Shown in pieces: positions 36,544-45,183 of a stretch of DNA of 64,000 nt; within the stretch, counting starts at the first letter, position 1; each line of letters starts with the position of its first letter. The notes beneath the pieces were generated by a model, which saw only the letters and a list, made by a program, of their open reading frames with translations, ran no database searches and was not told where the DNA came from. The DNA lies in contig CAWITU010000002.1 in NCBI GenBank assembly GCA_963839205.1, forward strand, positions 772-64,771, read 5' to 3'. The translations under genes and the position numbers were made by a program. Source of the DNA: an uncultured bacterium (lineage in GTDB: Bacteria; Patescibacteriota; Minisyncoccia; Phycocordibacterales; CAWITU01).

Positions 36544-38090
36544 GATTCACTTTTCTTCGGTCTATACTGTAGGGCTTCTAATAAGTGTTTATCTTCTACT
36601 TTTTCCTTTTTATCTAAATCGGCTATTGTTCGTCCGAGTTTAATAATTCTGTGATACGAACGTGCTGATAAGTCTAATTTGGTAGCAAAATTATTTAATG
36701 TTTCCAGTGCTCCTTTTTCCAAATTAGCTAATTTTATTATTTCTTTAACCGGGATTTCACTATTTAAATGAATATTTGATGGCAGGTGTTTAAGACGGAT
36801 TCTCTGAATCTCTCTGGCTTGTCTAACGCGCTCGACAACCGAGAAACTTTTTTCACTTTGGTTGTCGAGCGCTAGTTTCTGGTGATCAACAACCGGCGCC
36901 TCTATCCACATATCAATTCTATCCATTATTGGCCCAGATATTTTACGATTATAGTGACTGAGTTCTCTGATACTACAAACGCATGATTTGTTTTTAACTC
37001 CCTGATTGCCACAGGGACACGGATTCATTGTGGCAATCAAAATAAACTGTGCAGGAAAATGCGAAGAACTTTTTACTCTTGAAATAGTAATCATCCGGTC
37101 CTCTAGCGGTTGGCGAAGGGATTCAATAACTCGTTTTTCAAATTCTGGGAATTCATCTAAAAACAAAATCCCTCTGTGGGCTAAAGTAATTTCTCCAGGC
37201 TTTGGGTTTGTACCTCCTCCGACCATGGCAACGTATGAAACGCTATGGTGCGGAGATCTAATGGGAGGTTTAACGATTAGACTTTCTTTAAGAGAGCCTG
37301 CAACTGAATGAATACTGGTAACTTCAAGAATTTCTTCAAAGCTCAAGGGCGGCAGGAGGCCTTTGAAAGCTTTTGCTAACATGGTCTTGCCAGTACCGGG
37401 CGGACCGAAAAGAACAATGTTGTGGCCTCCTGCCGCTGCTATTTCTAATCCCCTTTTAGCCATTTCTTGGCCTTTGATGTCTGATAGATCAATTTCATTT
37501 GGTTCTTTGGTAATAATTATTTTTGTTGGAGGCGCGGCCACCATGGGTGGCCGCGCCTCACTTTTCTCCCCTTTTATATTTACATGATTAATAACTTCTT
37601 CTAATGTGTTTGCTCCAAATATTGAAATATCTCTAATGAGGGCTGCTTCCTCGGTGTTTTCTTTTGGTAAAAATATTTCTTTGAATCCAGCGCGTTTTGC
37701 CTCAATCACCTGTGGCAAAACGCCCCTAATCTTCTGTAGTGTACCGTCTAGTGATAACTCCCCAATAAAAATTCTTTTATCAGCTTTAAATGAAATCTCT
37801 TTTGATGCTAGTAGATATGCCATCGCAATTGCTAAATCAAAAATTGGACCCTCTTTTTTAAGATCTGCTGGAGCCAAAGAAACAATTATCTTTTGGTTTT
37901 TACTTTTTGGTGATGAAAAGCCGCTGTTTTTAATTGCAGATGAAACTCTGTCTCGAGACTCCTCAACTGCTTTATCAGGAAGCCCTACAATAGAAAAAGC
38001 GTGGAGACCTTTTGAAAGATCCACCTCCACGCTTATGATCTGAGCCTTAAGAAGTGAATGTTGGGCACTCCAAACTTTAGCAAAACTCAT
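36540..38090 (-). CDS. comM: YifB/ComM family Mg-chelatase-like AAA+ ATPase
   Basis: 516 aa. Lon-like N-terminal domain, Walker A GPPGTGKTM, LFLDEFPEF, and the cysteine cluster NPCPCG. Confidence 0.9.
   Translation of the reverse strand: MSFAKVWSAQHSLLKAQIISVEVDLSKGLHAFSIVGLPDKAVEESRDRVSSAIKNSGFSSPKSKNQKIIVSLAPADLKKEGPIFDLAIAMAYLLASKEISFKADKRIFIGELSLDGTLQKIRGVLPQVIEAKRAGFKEIFLPKENTEEAALIRDISIFGANTLEEVINHVNIKGEKSEARPPMVAAPPTKIIITKEPNEIDLSDIKGQEMAKRGLEIAAAGGHNIVLFGPPGTGKTMLAKAFKGLLPPLSFEEILEVTSIHSVAGSLKESLIVKPPIRSPHHSVSYVAMVGGGTNPKPGEITLAHRGILFLDEFPEFEKRVIESLRQPLEDRMITISRVKSSSHFPAQFILIATMNPCPCGNQGVKNKSCVCSIRELSHYNRKISGPIMDRIDMWIEAPVVDHQKLALDNQSEKSFSVVERVRQAREIQRIRLKHLPSNIHLNSEIPVKEIIKLANLEKGALETLNNFATKLDLSARSYHRIIKLGRTIADLDKKEKVEDKHLLEALQYRPKKSES
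36828..36872. repeat. intragenic hairpin, 13-bp perfect stem, 19-nt loop (comM)
   Basis: GCGCTCGACAACC ... GGTTGTCGAGCGC. Confidence 0.9.
37005..37039. repeat. intragenic hairpin, 10-bp perfect stem, 15-nt loop (comM)
   Basis: GATTGCCACA ... TGTGGCAATC, over IATMNPCPCGNQ. Confidence 0.8.
37349..37436. repeat. intragenic long-range inverted repeat, 13 bp perfect, 62-nt spacer (comM, brackets Walker A)
   Basis: GCGGCAGGAGGCC (37349-37361) pairs with GGCCTCCTGCCGC (37424-37436). Confidence 0.9.
37539..37569. repeat. intragenic hairpin, 14-bp perfect GC-rich stem, 3-nt loop (comM linker)
   Basis: GAGGCGCGGCCACC-atg-GGTGGCCGCGCCTC, encoding EARPPMVAAPP. Confidence 0.95.
37692..37723. repeat. 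intragenic hairpin, 10-bp perfect stem, 12-nt loop (comM)
   Basis: GCGTTTTGCC ... GGCAAAACGC. Confidence 0.8.
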
Positions 38091-38156
38091 TCATCAAGTA
38101 TGACAAAGAGTGATGAATTTTCTATTAATTATTTATGAAATAAGTATGAGGAAAAA

Positions 38157-38513
38157 TTAAGATGAGTGTTCTATGCAGGTTGTCGCTGATGGGCTAGCTT
38201 CGAGACGATCTTCTGGAATAGTTTTTCCACAAACATCGCACACTCCGTAAGTTCCATCTTCTATTTTTTTAAGAGCATTATTTACGTCGAACAATTGTAT
38301 TTCTAATTGTTTGAGAATTGCGGTGTTTCCTTCATAACTCTCTATTTGGTCAGCGACTTCGTTTCTATCTGCATTTAAAATGTCCAATTTATCTGGTGTA
38401 GCTTCCCAATCAGCTGGATTTCCGGGGTTTATTTTACCAACTGTCTTTAATTCTTCTTCCAACTTCTTTTTCTCAACTTCAAGTTTTTGTTTAAAATGTT
38501 GAATATTTTCCAT
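38157..38513 (-). CDS. TraR/DksA family C4-type zinc-finger protein
   Basis: 118 aa. A coiled-coil N-terminus, then CDVCGKTIPEDRLEASPSATTCIEH. Confidence 0.8.
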   Translation of the reverse strand: MENIQHFKQKLEVEKKKLEEELKTVGKINPGNPADWEATPDKLDILNADRNEVADQIESYEGNTAILKQLEIQLFDVNNALKKIEDGTYGVCDVCGKTIPEDRLEASPSATTCIEHSS

Positions 38514-38536
38514 ATTTATATTATATCAGAAAGTTT

Positions 38537-39454
38537 TTAGTGAACTAGTTGATTCTTTAGGAGCCTATCTACGACTTCAGTAAACGTATCAATGTTATCA
38601 GTAATGATGATAGTGTTTTGATCTAAGAAAGAATAGAAGAAAAGAGAATTTCCTCCTCCGTCTATGAAGACCCTCACGTCTTTGTTATCTATGACTTTGT
38701 CAGCCCAATGTCTTGTATTAAGTGTGGTTTTGGTTGAAGTTGCTGTCGAACTTGAAGTCTGAGCTTCAGTTAAACCAAAGATTCCCTCCATGTCATTTTC
38801 CATGGCTGGCTCATAATCTAACATCCCAGAGTAAGCATTATCGTACGAAGATGTTGTGAGGATAATAAATGGATTATTAGCTTGGAATGAATGAAGGCCA
38901 AAGAAAAACTGAGGGTCAAGTGATCGAACTAATTCATTCGGTATATTTGAATTCAACGCGCCCATGAAATCATTGAATGTCATTACTCCTTGGATTTTGC
39001 TTGATGAAGCAACAAAAACTAATTTTTTTATAGTCCCTAACGGCAAATTTGAATTTTTTTCGTTTTGAATAGCATTGAATACATCTTGTCTGTTTGAATT
39101 AGTTAGATCAATATTTTCGGAATATTCAAAGTGAATAACATCTGTTACAACAGGCGTGGCTGTAACATTTTTGGGTGTAATTTGGTTGATGTAGTAGAAA
39201 AGACCAACAGCACCTCCACCGATTAATACAAGAAAGACGCTTATAGAAATTAGAATAATATTTCTTCTTGATGTTGGAGATCTTTCCTCGTCAATTTCTT
39301 TATTTTCTTCTCTCTTTTTATTTTCGGCCAACGCCATTTTGACAATGGAGACATTGTCCTTATGTATAGCATCAGCTACGTCTTGTTTATACGTCTTTAT
39401 TCTTTTGAGAATCGTACTCTCTTTTTTTGGTTCGTTCTTATTCTCTAAAATCAT
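38537..39454 (-). CDS. membrane-anchored hypothetical protein (305 aa)
   Basis: Intact ORF with a single TM helix (IILISISVFLVLIGGGAVGLFYY). No family recognised. Confidence 0.55.
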   Translation of the reverse strand: MILENKNEPKKESTILKRIKTYKQDVADAIHKDNVSIVKMALAENKKREENKEIDEERSPTSRRNIILISISVFLVLIGGGAVGLFYYINQITPKNVTATPVVTDVIHFEYSENIDLTNSNRQDVFNAIQNEKNSNLPLGTIKKLVFVASSSKIQGVMTFNDFMGALNSNIPNELVRSLDPQFFFGLHSFQANNPFIILTTSSYDNAYSGMLDYEPAMENDMEGIFGLTEAQTSSSTATSTKTTLNTRHWADKVIDNKDVRVFIDGGGNSLFFYSFLDQNTIIITDNIDTFTEVVDRLLKNQLVH

Positions 39455-39473
39455 ATTCTAATTTTACTCCTGT

Positions 39474-41585
39474 TTAGACTTTAATGAAATTGGGATCAGC
39501 TTGTTTAATTGAAAGATTGATTCTTCCTCGGTCATCTACCTCTTTTACAACCACTGGAACCTTGTCTCCCTCTTTTAAATATTTGGAAACTTGATCAATT
39601 CTTGTTGGAGAAATTTCGGAAATATGAACTAAACCTTCAGTGTTGTAACCAATTCTAACAAATGCCCCGAAATCTAGGATTTTTACAACTTCTCCTTCAA
39701 ATCTTTCTCCCTTTTTGTATTCGTGTGTCATGCCCTCAATAATATCTCTAGCTTTTTCAGCTGAACCATTTTTACCAGTCACAAATACGGTGCCATCATC
39801 TTCAATATCAATTTCAGCTCCAGTTTTTTCTTTAATTTCTTTAATTGTTTTTCCGCCTGAACCAATAACCATTCCAATTTGATCTGGTTTAATCTTAATT
39901 GAAAGAATTTTTGGAGCATTTGGAGACAAGTCTGCGCGAGGTTTTGCAATTTCTTTTTCAATAACATCAAGAATCTGAAGTCTGGCTTTTGTAGCCGCTT
40001 CAAGTGCTTCACTTAGAATCTTGAGTGGAATCCCTCCGACTTTAACATCCATTTGTATAGCGGTTACGCCCTGTCTTGTTCCTGCGACTTTGAAATCCAT
40101 GTCACCGTGTTCATCTTCGGGTCCTTGAATGTCTGTAAGAAGTGTATATTTTCCATCCTGAGCATAATTAGGAGATAACATTAGTCCTGAAGCAATTCCA
40201 GCAACCGGTGCTTTGATTGGTACTCCTCCATCCATAAGAGCAAGTGTACTTCCACAAACTGATCCCATTGAAGTTGATCCGTTTGATGCCATTGATTCTG
40301 AAACTAATCTGATTGTGTAAGGAAAAATTTCTTTTGCTGGGATAACCGCGAGTAAAGCTTTCTCGGCAAGATTACCGTGACCAACCGCCCTTCTATTTAT
40401 TCCTCCCATTCTGCCAGTTTCGCCAGAAGAAAAAGGTGGAAAATTATAGTGATGCATAAATCTTTTCTTTTCTTGAATTTCCATACCATCAATTGTCTGT
40501 GAATCCTGTGGTCCACCAAGGGTTAATGCTGATAGGACGTGGGTCCCTCCTCTATAGAAGATTCCTGAGCCATGAAGAATCGGTGAAATACCACCAGCTC
40601 TTGCGAAAAGTGGTCTTAGCTCATCAATTTTACGACTGTCTGCTCTTCGGTTTTTTTCAATTGCCTCTACGTGAAGTATATTGTTAACCATTTCTTCAAA
40701 ATATTCCTTAGCAGGAAACGTATCTCCTTCAGGAAATTTTTCTGTGAAGAGAGTTATCCATTTTTCTTCAAGAGCGTGGATATTATCCTTACCTGCGCCA
40801 GAAAAAACTGCGTTGTCTAATTCTTTTTCAATATTTTCCTTGAATAGTGAGATGACTTCTTCTGAAAGCACCGCTTTTGGAAATTCTTTCTTAACTTTTC
40901 CAATTTCTGTGATTATTTTCTTTTGGAAATCTTGGATTTTTTCTATTTCCGCTGAAGCTAAAGTTAAAGTTTTGTTAACTAGGTCATTTGATACTTCCTT
41001 AGCTGCCGTTTCAATCATATTAATGTTGCCGTCTTTACCACAGGCTACAATTTCTAATTCAATATCATCAGAATGTCTGATTTCGTAAGTTGGGTTTAAA
41101 AGTAAATCATCTTTTTCTTTTAATTTTCCAATTCTAACTGCGCTAGCTGGTCCAGCCCATGGAATATCTGATGTACCAAGTGCTAGTGATGCTGCAATTA
41201 CTCCTAATACATCTGGGTCTTCCTGATCGATTGAAAGAACAGTGATGACAACTTGGATTTCGTTTCTGATGTGTTGCTCGAAGAGTGGCCGAATCGTGCG
41301 GTCCACGATTCGGCCAGACAAAATTGCTTCATCGGACGGTCTGCCTTCACGTCTTGTAAACTGTCCACCTAGAATTTTTCCAGCTGCGTAAAATCTTTCT
41401 TCGTAATCAACAACGAGTGGTAAATAGTTTGTGTCCTTTGGATTTTTGGACATTACGGCCGTCGCTAGAACGACTGTGTTTCCACAACTAACCATCACTG
41501 ATCCATTTGCTTGATCAGCTAAATCATTGAATTCTGCTTTTAAAGTCTTACCACCAACCTCCAACGAGTATTCTTTTTTATTCAT
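39474..41585 (-). CDS. pnp: polyribonucleotide nucleotidyltransferase (PNPase)
   Basis: 703 aa. Two RNase PH domains (GRIVDRTIRPLF, FPPFSSGE), then a KH domain (IGSGGKTIKEI) and an S1 domain. Confidence 0.95.
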   Translation of the reverse strand: MNKKEYSLEVGGKTLKAEFNDLADQANGSVMVSCGNTVVLATAVMSKNPKDTNYLPLVVDYEERFYAAGKILGGQFTRREGRPSDEAILSGRIVDRTIRPLFEQHIRNEIQVVITVLSIDQEDPDVLGVIAASLALGTSDIPWAGPASAVRIGKLKEKDDLLLNPTYEIRHSDDIELEIVACGKDGNINMIETAAKEVSNDLVNKTLTLASAEIEKIQDFQKKIITEIGKVKKEFPKAVLSEEVISLFKENIEKELDNAVFSGAGKDNIHALEEKWITLFTEKFPEGDTFPAKEYFEEMVNNILHVEAIEKNRRADSRKIDELRPLFARAGGISPILHGSGIFYRGGTHVLSALTLGGPQDSQTIDGMEIQEKKRFMHHYNFPPFSSGETGRMGGINRRAVGHGNLAEKALLAVIPAKEIFPYTIRLVSESMASNGSTSMGSVCGSTLALMDGGVPIKAPVAGIASGLMLSPNYAQDGKYTLLTDIQGPEDEHGDMDFKVAGTRQGVTAIQMDVKVGGIPLKILSEALEAATKARLQILDVIEKEIAKPRADLSPNAPKILSIKIKPDQIGMVIGSGGKTIKEIKEKTGAEIDIEDDGTVFVTGKNGSAEKARDIIEGMTHEYKKGERFEGEVVKILDFGAFVRIGYNTEGLVHISEISPTRIDQVSKYLKEGDKVPVVVKEVDDRGRINLSIKQADPNFIKV
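41286..41316. repeat. intragenic hairpin, 13-bp perfect stem, 5-nt loop (pnp)
   Basis: TGGCCGAATCGTG-cggtc-CACGATTCGGCCA, encoding the conserved SGRIVDRTIRP. Confidence 0.95.
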
Positions 41586-41708
41586 CTTTGTAGATGATTC
41601 CCAGATTTTAGGTTTTAAAGAAGCATTGCTCCCTTAAAAACTACCTATCCAGGAATCATGATTAATTGATAACAAATACACTCTAGCAAATTTATAGATA
41701 AATTCCAC

Positions 41709-42266
41709 CTAAACAGTTTCTGTAGTTGAAGGACGAGGGTCTCTTCTTTGTGGTCGGCTTGAGCCACCCATCAAATATTTTCTAGGATTTTGATCAAGAT
41801 CGAGGAAATCATCAACTGCTTCTTTAAGTTTTCCAGATGAGGACTTACCGAATGAAACAGCTTCAACTTGGCAACCGTTCATTTTTAAGTATTCAACAAG
41901 TGGTATGAAGTCTCCGTCGCCGGCAATAATAATAACAGTATCAAGTTTTGGAGCCATTTTAATGGCATCAACTGCAATACCAACATCCCAATCAGCTTTT
42001 TTAGCGCCACTTGAAAATATCTGAAGATTTTTAGTCTTTGTTTCAATTCCGAGTTTTTCAAGTGCGTCAAAGAAACCTTTTTCTTCACCGCTTTCGGTTG
42101 TAATAACATAAGCGACGACTCTAACTAGAATTCTTCCAGCAAGAGCATCCTTAACAATTGCTCCGAAATTAACTCGGGCATGATAAAGATTTTTAGCACT
42201 ATGATAAAGGTTCTGGGCGTCTATGAAGATTCCAACTCTTTGTTCTTTATGTTTTATAACTGACAC
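41709..42266 (-). CDS. NYN-domain (LabA/DUF88-like) protein
   Basis: VGIFIDAQNLYHSA ... IIIAGDGDFIPLVEYLKMNGCQVEAVSF is the NYN/LabA pattern. Confidence 0.8.
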   Translation of the reverse strand: MSVIKHKEQRVGIFIDAQNLYHSAKNLYHARVNFGAIVKDALAGRILVRVVAYVITTESGEEKGFFDALEKLGIETKTKNLQIFSSGAKKADWDVGIAVDAIKMAPKLDTVIIIAGDGDFIPLVEYLKMNGCQVEAVSFGKSSSGKLKEAVDDFLDLDQNPRKYLMGGSSRPQRRDPRPSTTETV

Positions 42267-42276
42267 GTAGTTCTTT

Positions 42277-42543
42277 TTACTTCTTTAATTCGAGTTTCTT
42301 TAGGATAACTTGGTATCTCTTTGGGTTTTTCTTCTGAAGATATTTTAGATGAGTCTGTCTGTTAGCAACCATGGCCAATAGACCACGTCTTGAGTGGTTG
42401 TCTTTGTTGTTTTTCTTCAAATGAGCAGCAAGTTCGTCAATTCTTTTAGTCAAAATGCCGATCTGTACTTCAGGTGAACCGGTATCGGTCTCGTGAACCT
42501 GAGTTTCTTTGATTATCTTGGTTTTTTTAGTCTTTGTAATCAC
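42277..42543 (-). CDS. rpsO: 30S ribosomal protein S15
   Basis: ...THETDTGSPEVQIGILTKRIDELAAHLKKNNKDNHSRRGLLAMVANRQTHLKYL. A GTG start at 42543 gives the canonical 89 aa (the track ORF is N-extended). Confidence 0.9.
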   Translation of the reverse strand: MITKTKKTKIIKETQVHETDTGSPEVQIGILTKRIDELAAHLKKNNKDNHSRRGLLAMVANRQTHLKYLQKKNPKRYQVILKKLELKK

Positions 42544-42600
42544 GGGCAAAGTGTACCATATAAGCCATATTTCCGCAAGCATGATATACTATTGTGCGAC

Positions 42601-43539
42601 ATGCCCTCCTCAACCATATCAAAGCTAAAACAGGAGTTTTTAGAGTATACCGAAATCGAAAAAGGCCGTGCAATTAGAACTGTTGAGAATTATGATCACT
42701 ATTTGTCAGTATTTTTGGAATATTCTAAGGTTTCTAGTCCCAAAGAGATAACCGATCTTAAGGTTAGGGAGTTTCGTCTGTGGCTAAATCGTCAATCGGG
42801 TGGCAATAATAAAAAAACCGGAGAGACGATGCAGAAGAAAACTCAGAACTATTATTTAATTGCTTTAAGATCTTTTCTAAAATATTTAGCAAAAAGAGGT
42901 CTTACTTCCCTATCGGCTGACCAGATTGAATTAGCCAAAATACCCGAAAGAAGTATTGATGTTATTACCGATGAAGAATTACGAAGACTTTTAGGTGCAC
43001 CAGACTCCGAGGAAGACCCAGAAAAGAAGGCCAGAGGTAAGGCTATTTTGGAACTTCTCTTTTCAACCGGCCTTCGTGTTTCAGAACTTTGTTCACTAAC
43101 TTGTGATTTAGACTTACACCGCGATGAATTTTCAATTAGAGGTAAAGGCGGAAAAGTTAGAGTAGTTTTTCTTTCTGATGAAGCCAAAACGGCAGTTAAA
43201 GAATATCTAGCGCTTCGTAAGGATATGAACGATGCCCTTTTTGTAAAAATTGGAGTAGAAAAAAGTGCTACAGAAAAAACTGGAGGATTAACCCGCCGTT
43301 CGATCGAAAGGATTGTTAAGCGTTACGCTACCATCGCCGGTATTTCTAAAAAAGTTACTCCACACGTGATTAGACATAGTTTCGCGACGGACCTTCTTTC
43401 AAATGGTGCTGACTTGAGATCAGTCCAAATGCTTTTGGGCCATTCAAATATCACTACAACCCAGGTTTATACTCACGTTACTGACAAACACCTTCGAGAT
43501 ATTCACAAGAAATTTCACAATAAAAAGGCTGATAATTAG
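42601..43539 (+). CDS. tyrosine recombinase XerC/XerD family
   Basis: N-terminal SAM-like domain (EIEKGRAIRTVENYDHYL) and catalytic residues in ELLFSTGLRVSEL, HVIRHSFAT, LLGHSNITTTQVYTHV. The start is taken at ATG 42601. Confidence 0.85.
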   Translation: MPSSTISKLKQEFLEYTEIEKGRAIRTVENYDHYLSVFLEYSKVSSPKEITDLKVREFRLWLNRQSGGNNKKTGETMQKKTQNYYLIALRSFLKYLAKRGLTSLSADQIELAKIPERSIDVITDEELRRLLGAPDSEEDPEKKARGKAILELLFSTGLRVSELCSLTCDLDLHRDEFSIRGKGGKVRVVFLSDEAKTAVKEYLALRKDMNDALFVKIGVEKSATEKTGGLTRRSIERIVKRYATIAGISKKVTPHVIRHSFATDLLSNGADLRSVQMLLGHSNITTTQVYTHVTDKHLRDIHKKFHNKKADN

Positions 43540-43673
43540 GGCTATAAATATTTGACGTTTTGCTCTATTGGTGTAGGCTTACCCACGGATTTTTAGAGTA
43601 CTTTGCCATCGTAGTGTTGGTGACATTGATCATTGCTTTTCAAATCCAGAAAACAAAAACCGTAAACATACAT

Positions 43674-44045
43674 ATGCGTAATAATGTTATTGTGCCTGAT
43701 CTAAACTCCAAGAGAGCAAGTAAAGGCAACCCCGACAGAACAACCATTCATCAGATGGGGACGTGCCCGAAATACCTAAAAGAGGTCTTCCCACTTCTTG
43801 AAGGGGCAGCGGCACAGGACAAGGATCGACTTAAGGATGTCCTTGTTCCTCTCATCGAGAAGAATCGTCTGGACTGTTGGTGGAATAAAGAAGGAATTCG
43901 AATCGGCCAGGCCTGGTTCGTTCGGCGCGACAAAAGCACCGAAACGGAAAGATTCTTTCTGGATATCTGTAAAACCCTGAAAATTAAACCAATTCAGGAA
44001 GCAGGAGGGTGGAATAGCCTCAAGTGGGAAACCACCCAAAAATAA
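43674..44045 (+). CDS. hypothetical protein in a GC-richer cassette
   Basis: ORF 43560-44045. The internal ATG at 43674 is the more plausible start. A strong terminator follows. No family recognised. Confidence 0.45.
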   Translation: MRNNVIVPDLNSKRASKGNPDRTTIHQMGTCPKYLKEVFPLLEGAAAQDKDRLKDVLVPLIEKNRLDCWWNKEGIRIGQAWFVRRDKSTETERFFLDICKTLKIKPIQEAGGWNSLKWETTQK

Positions 44046-44067
44046 AGGAAATCAATTCAAAGAAACA

Positions 44068-44094
44068 AACGGCGGTCACTATGTGACCGCCGTT
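44068..44094 (+). terminator. rho-independent terminator
   Basis: AACGGCGGTCAC-tat-GTGACCGCCGTT, followed by TTCTTTTT. Confidence 0.85.
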
Positions 44095-44120
44095 TTCTTT
44101 TTGTATGCTAAACTTTCCGT

Positions 44121-44901
44121 ATGGCTTTAAGAATTATTTCTTGGAACGTAAATGGCATTCGCGCTTGGTATAAAAAGGGAATGCTTGATTGGTTCTTAAA
44201 AGAATCTCCTGATATTTTTTGTTTACAGGAAACCAAAGCTCATCCAGATCAATTGTCAGAAGATCTTCGAAATCCAAAAGGATATTTTTCATATTTTGAT
44301 CATTCAAGAACTAGAAAGGGTTATAGCGGGGTCGCAATTTATACAAAGGTTAAGCCGGATAAAGTTGAATACGGACTTGGTTTAGAAAAACTTGATCAGG
44401 AAGGCCGATTCTTAGCTCTATTTTTTAATAAAACAGTTTTAATAAATATCTACTTCCCTAACGGTGGTGGTGGTCCAGAAAGATTAAAATTTAAACTCGA
44501 ATATTACGAAGCATATTTAAAATATATTGATGCACTCCAAAAAAAGAATTTTGAAATTGTTTTTTGTGGAGATATAAATACTGCGCATAATGAAATTGAT
44601 TTAGCGCGTCCAAAAGAGAATGAAGATAATACTGGATTTCTTCCTATTGAAAGAGAATGGCTTGATCAAGTGGTTGGTCATGGATATGTGGATGTTTGGA
44701 GACATCTATATCCATCTAAAATTATGTATACGTATTGGGATATGAAAACTTTTGCCAGAGATAGAAATGTTGGTTGGAGGATAGATTACTTTTTTGTGAG
44801 TTCAGATATGGTTAAAAACGTCAGCAGACATGAAAATATACAATGAAATCTTCGGTTCTGACCACTGTCCAATAGAGTTGGTCCTCAAGAATAATCTATA
44901 A
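44121..44901 (+). CDS. xth: exodeoxyribonuclease III (Xth), C-terminal frameshift
   Basis: MALRIISWNVNGIRA, CLQETK and GWRIDYFFVS are present. The canonical C-terminus IFGSDHCPIELVLKNNL* is in the +1 frame after about 44820 (A5 run), ending at 44901. Confidence 0.85.
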
Positions 44902-45118
44902 AGGACATTATCCACAGGTATGTCCTTTACATAATTCTCAAGGACATTACAATGTATATGGGTGAGCGCAGAAACAATTCTGGCATAAGTTCTTTCCAAG
45001 GAACGTTTGGAGAAAATAAGAAGCAAATTCTCAATATATCTTATAGGGCCCCAACGGGGCACCTCAACTTTCTCTGAATTTGTCTCAATAGTTTTCTACT
45101 GAGGGTCTCCTTATATTT

Positions 45119-45162
45119 GGGCCGCTTACCGCAATTATTAATGCCGCTAAGCGGTCCTTTTT
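45119..45162 (+). terminator. rho-independent terminator about 220 nt downstream of xth
   Basis: GGGCCGCTTA...TAAGCGGTCC (10 bp including one G-U pair), followed by TTTTTATTT. Confidence 0.7.
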
Positions 45163-45183
45163 ATTTCTATAAAATAAATATTT

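Noticed and set aside
41586-41708. 8-bp inverted repeat (ATGATTCC / GGAATCAT) in the pnp 5' leader as an autoregulatory RNase III-type stem
   Set aside because: It is short and AT-rich, within chance expectation for this composition, and there is no further support from sequence alone.
42601-43539. Tyrosine recombinase as the integrase of the T4SS island or of the GC-rich cassettes
   Set aside because: It has the typical XerC/XerD length and motifs, lies 10 kb from the island among housekeeping genes (rpsO, pnp), and has no flanking att repeats. It is more likely the chromosomal dimer-resolution recombinase.
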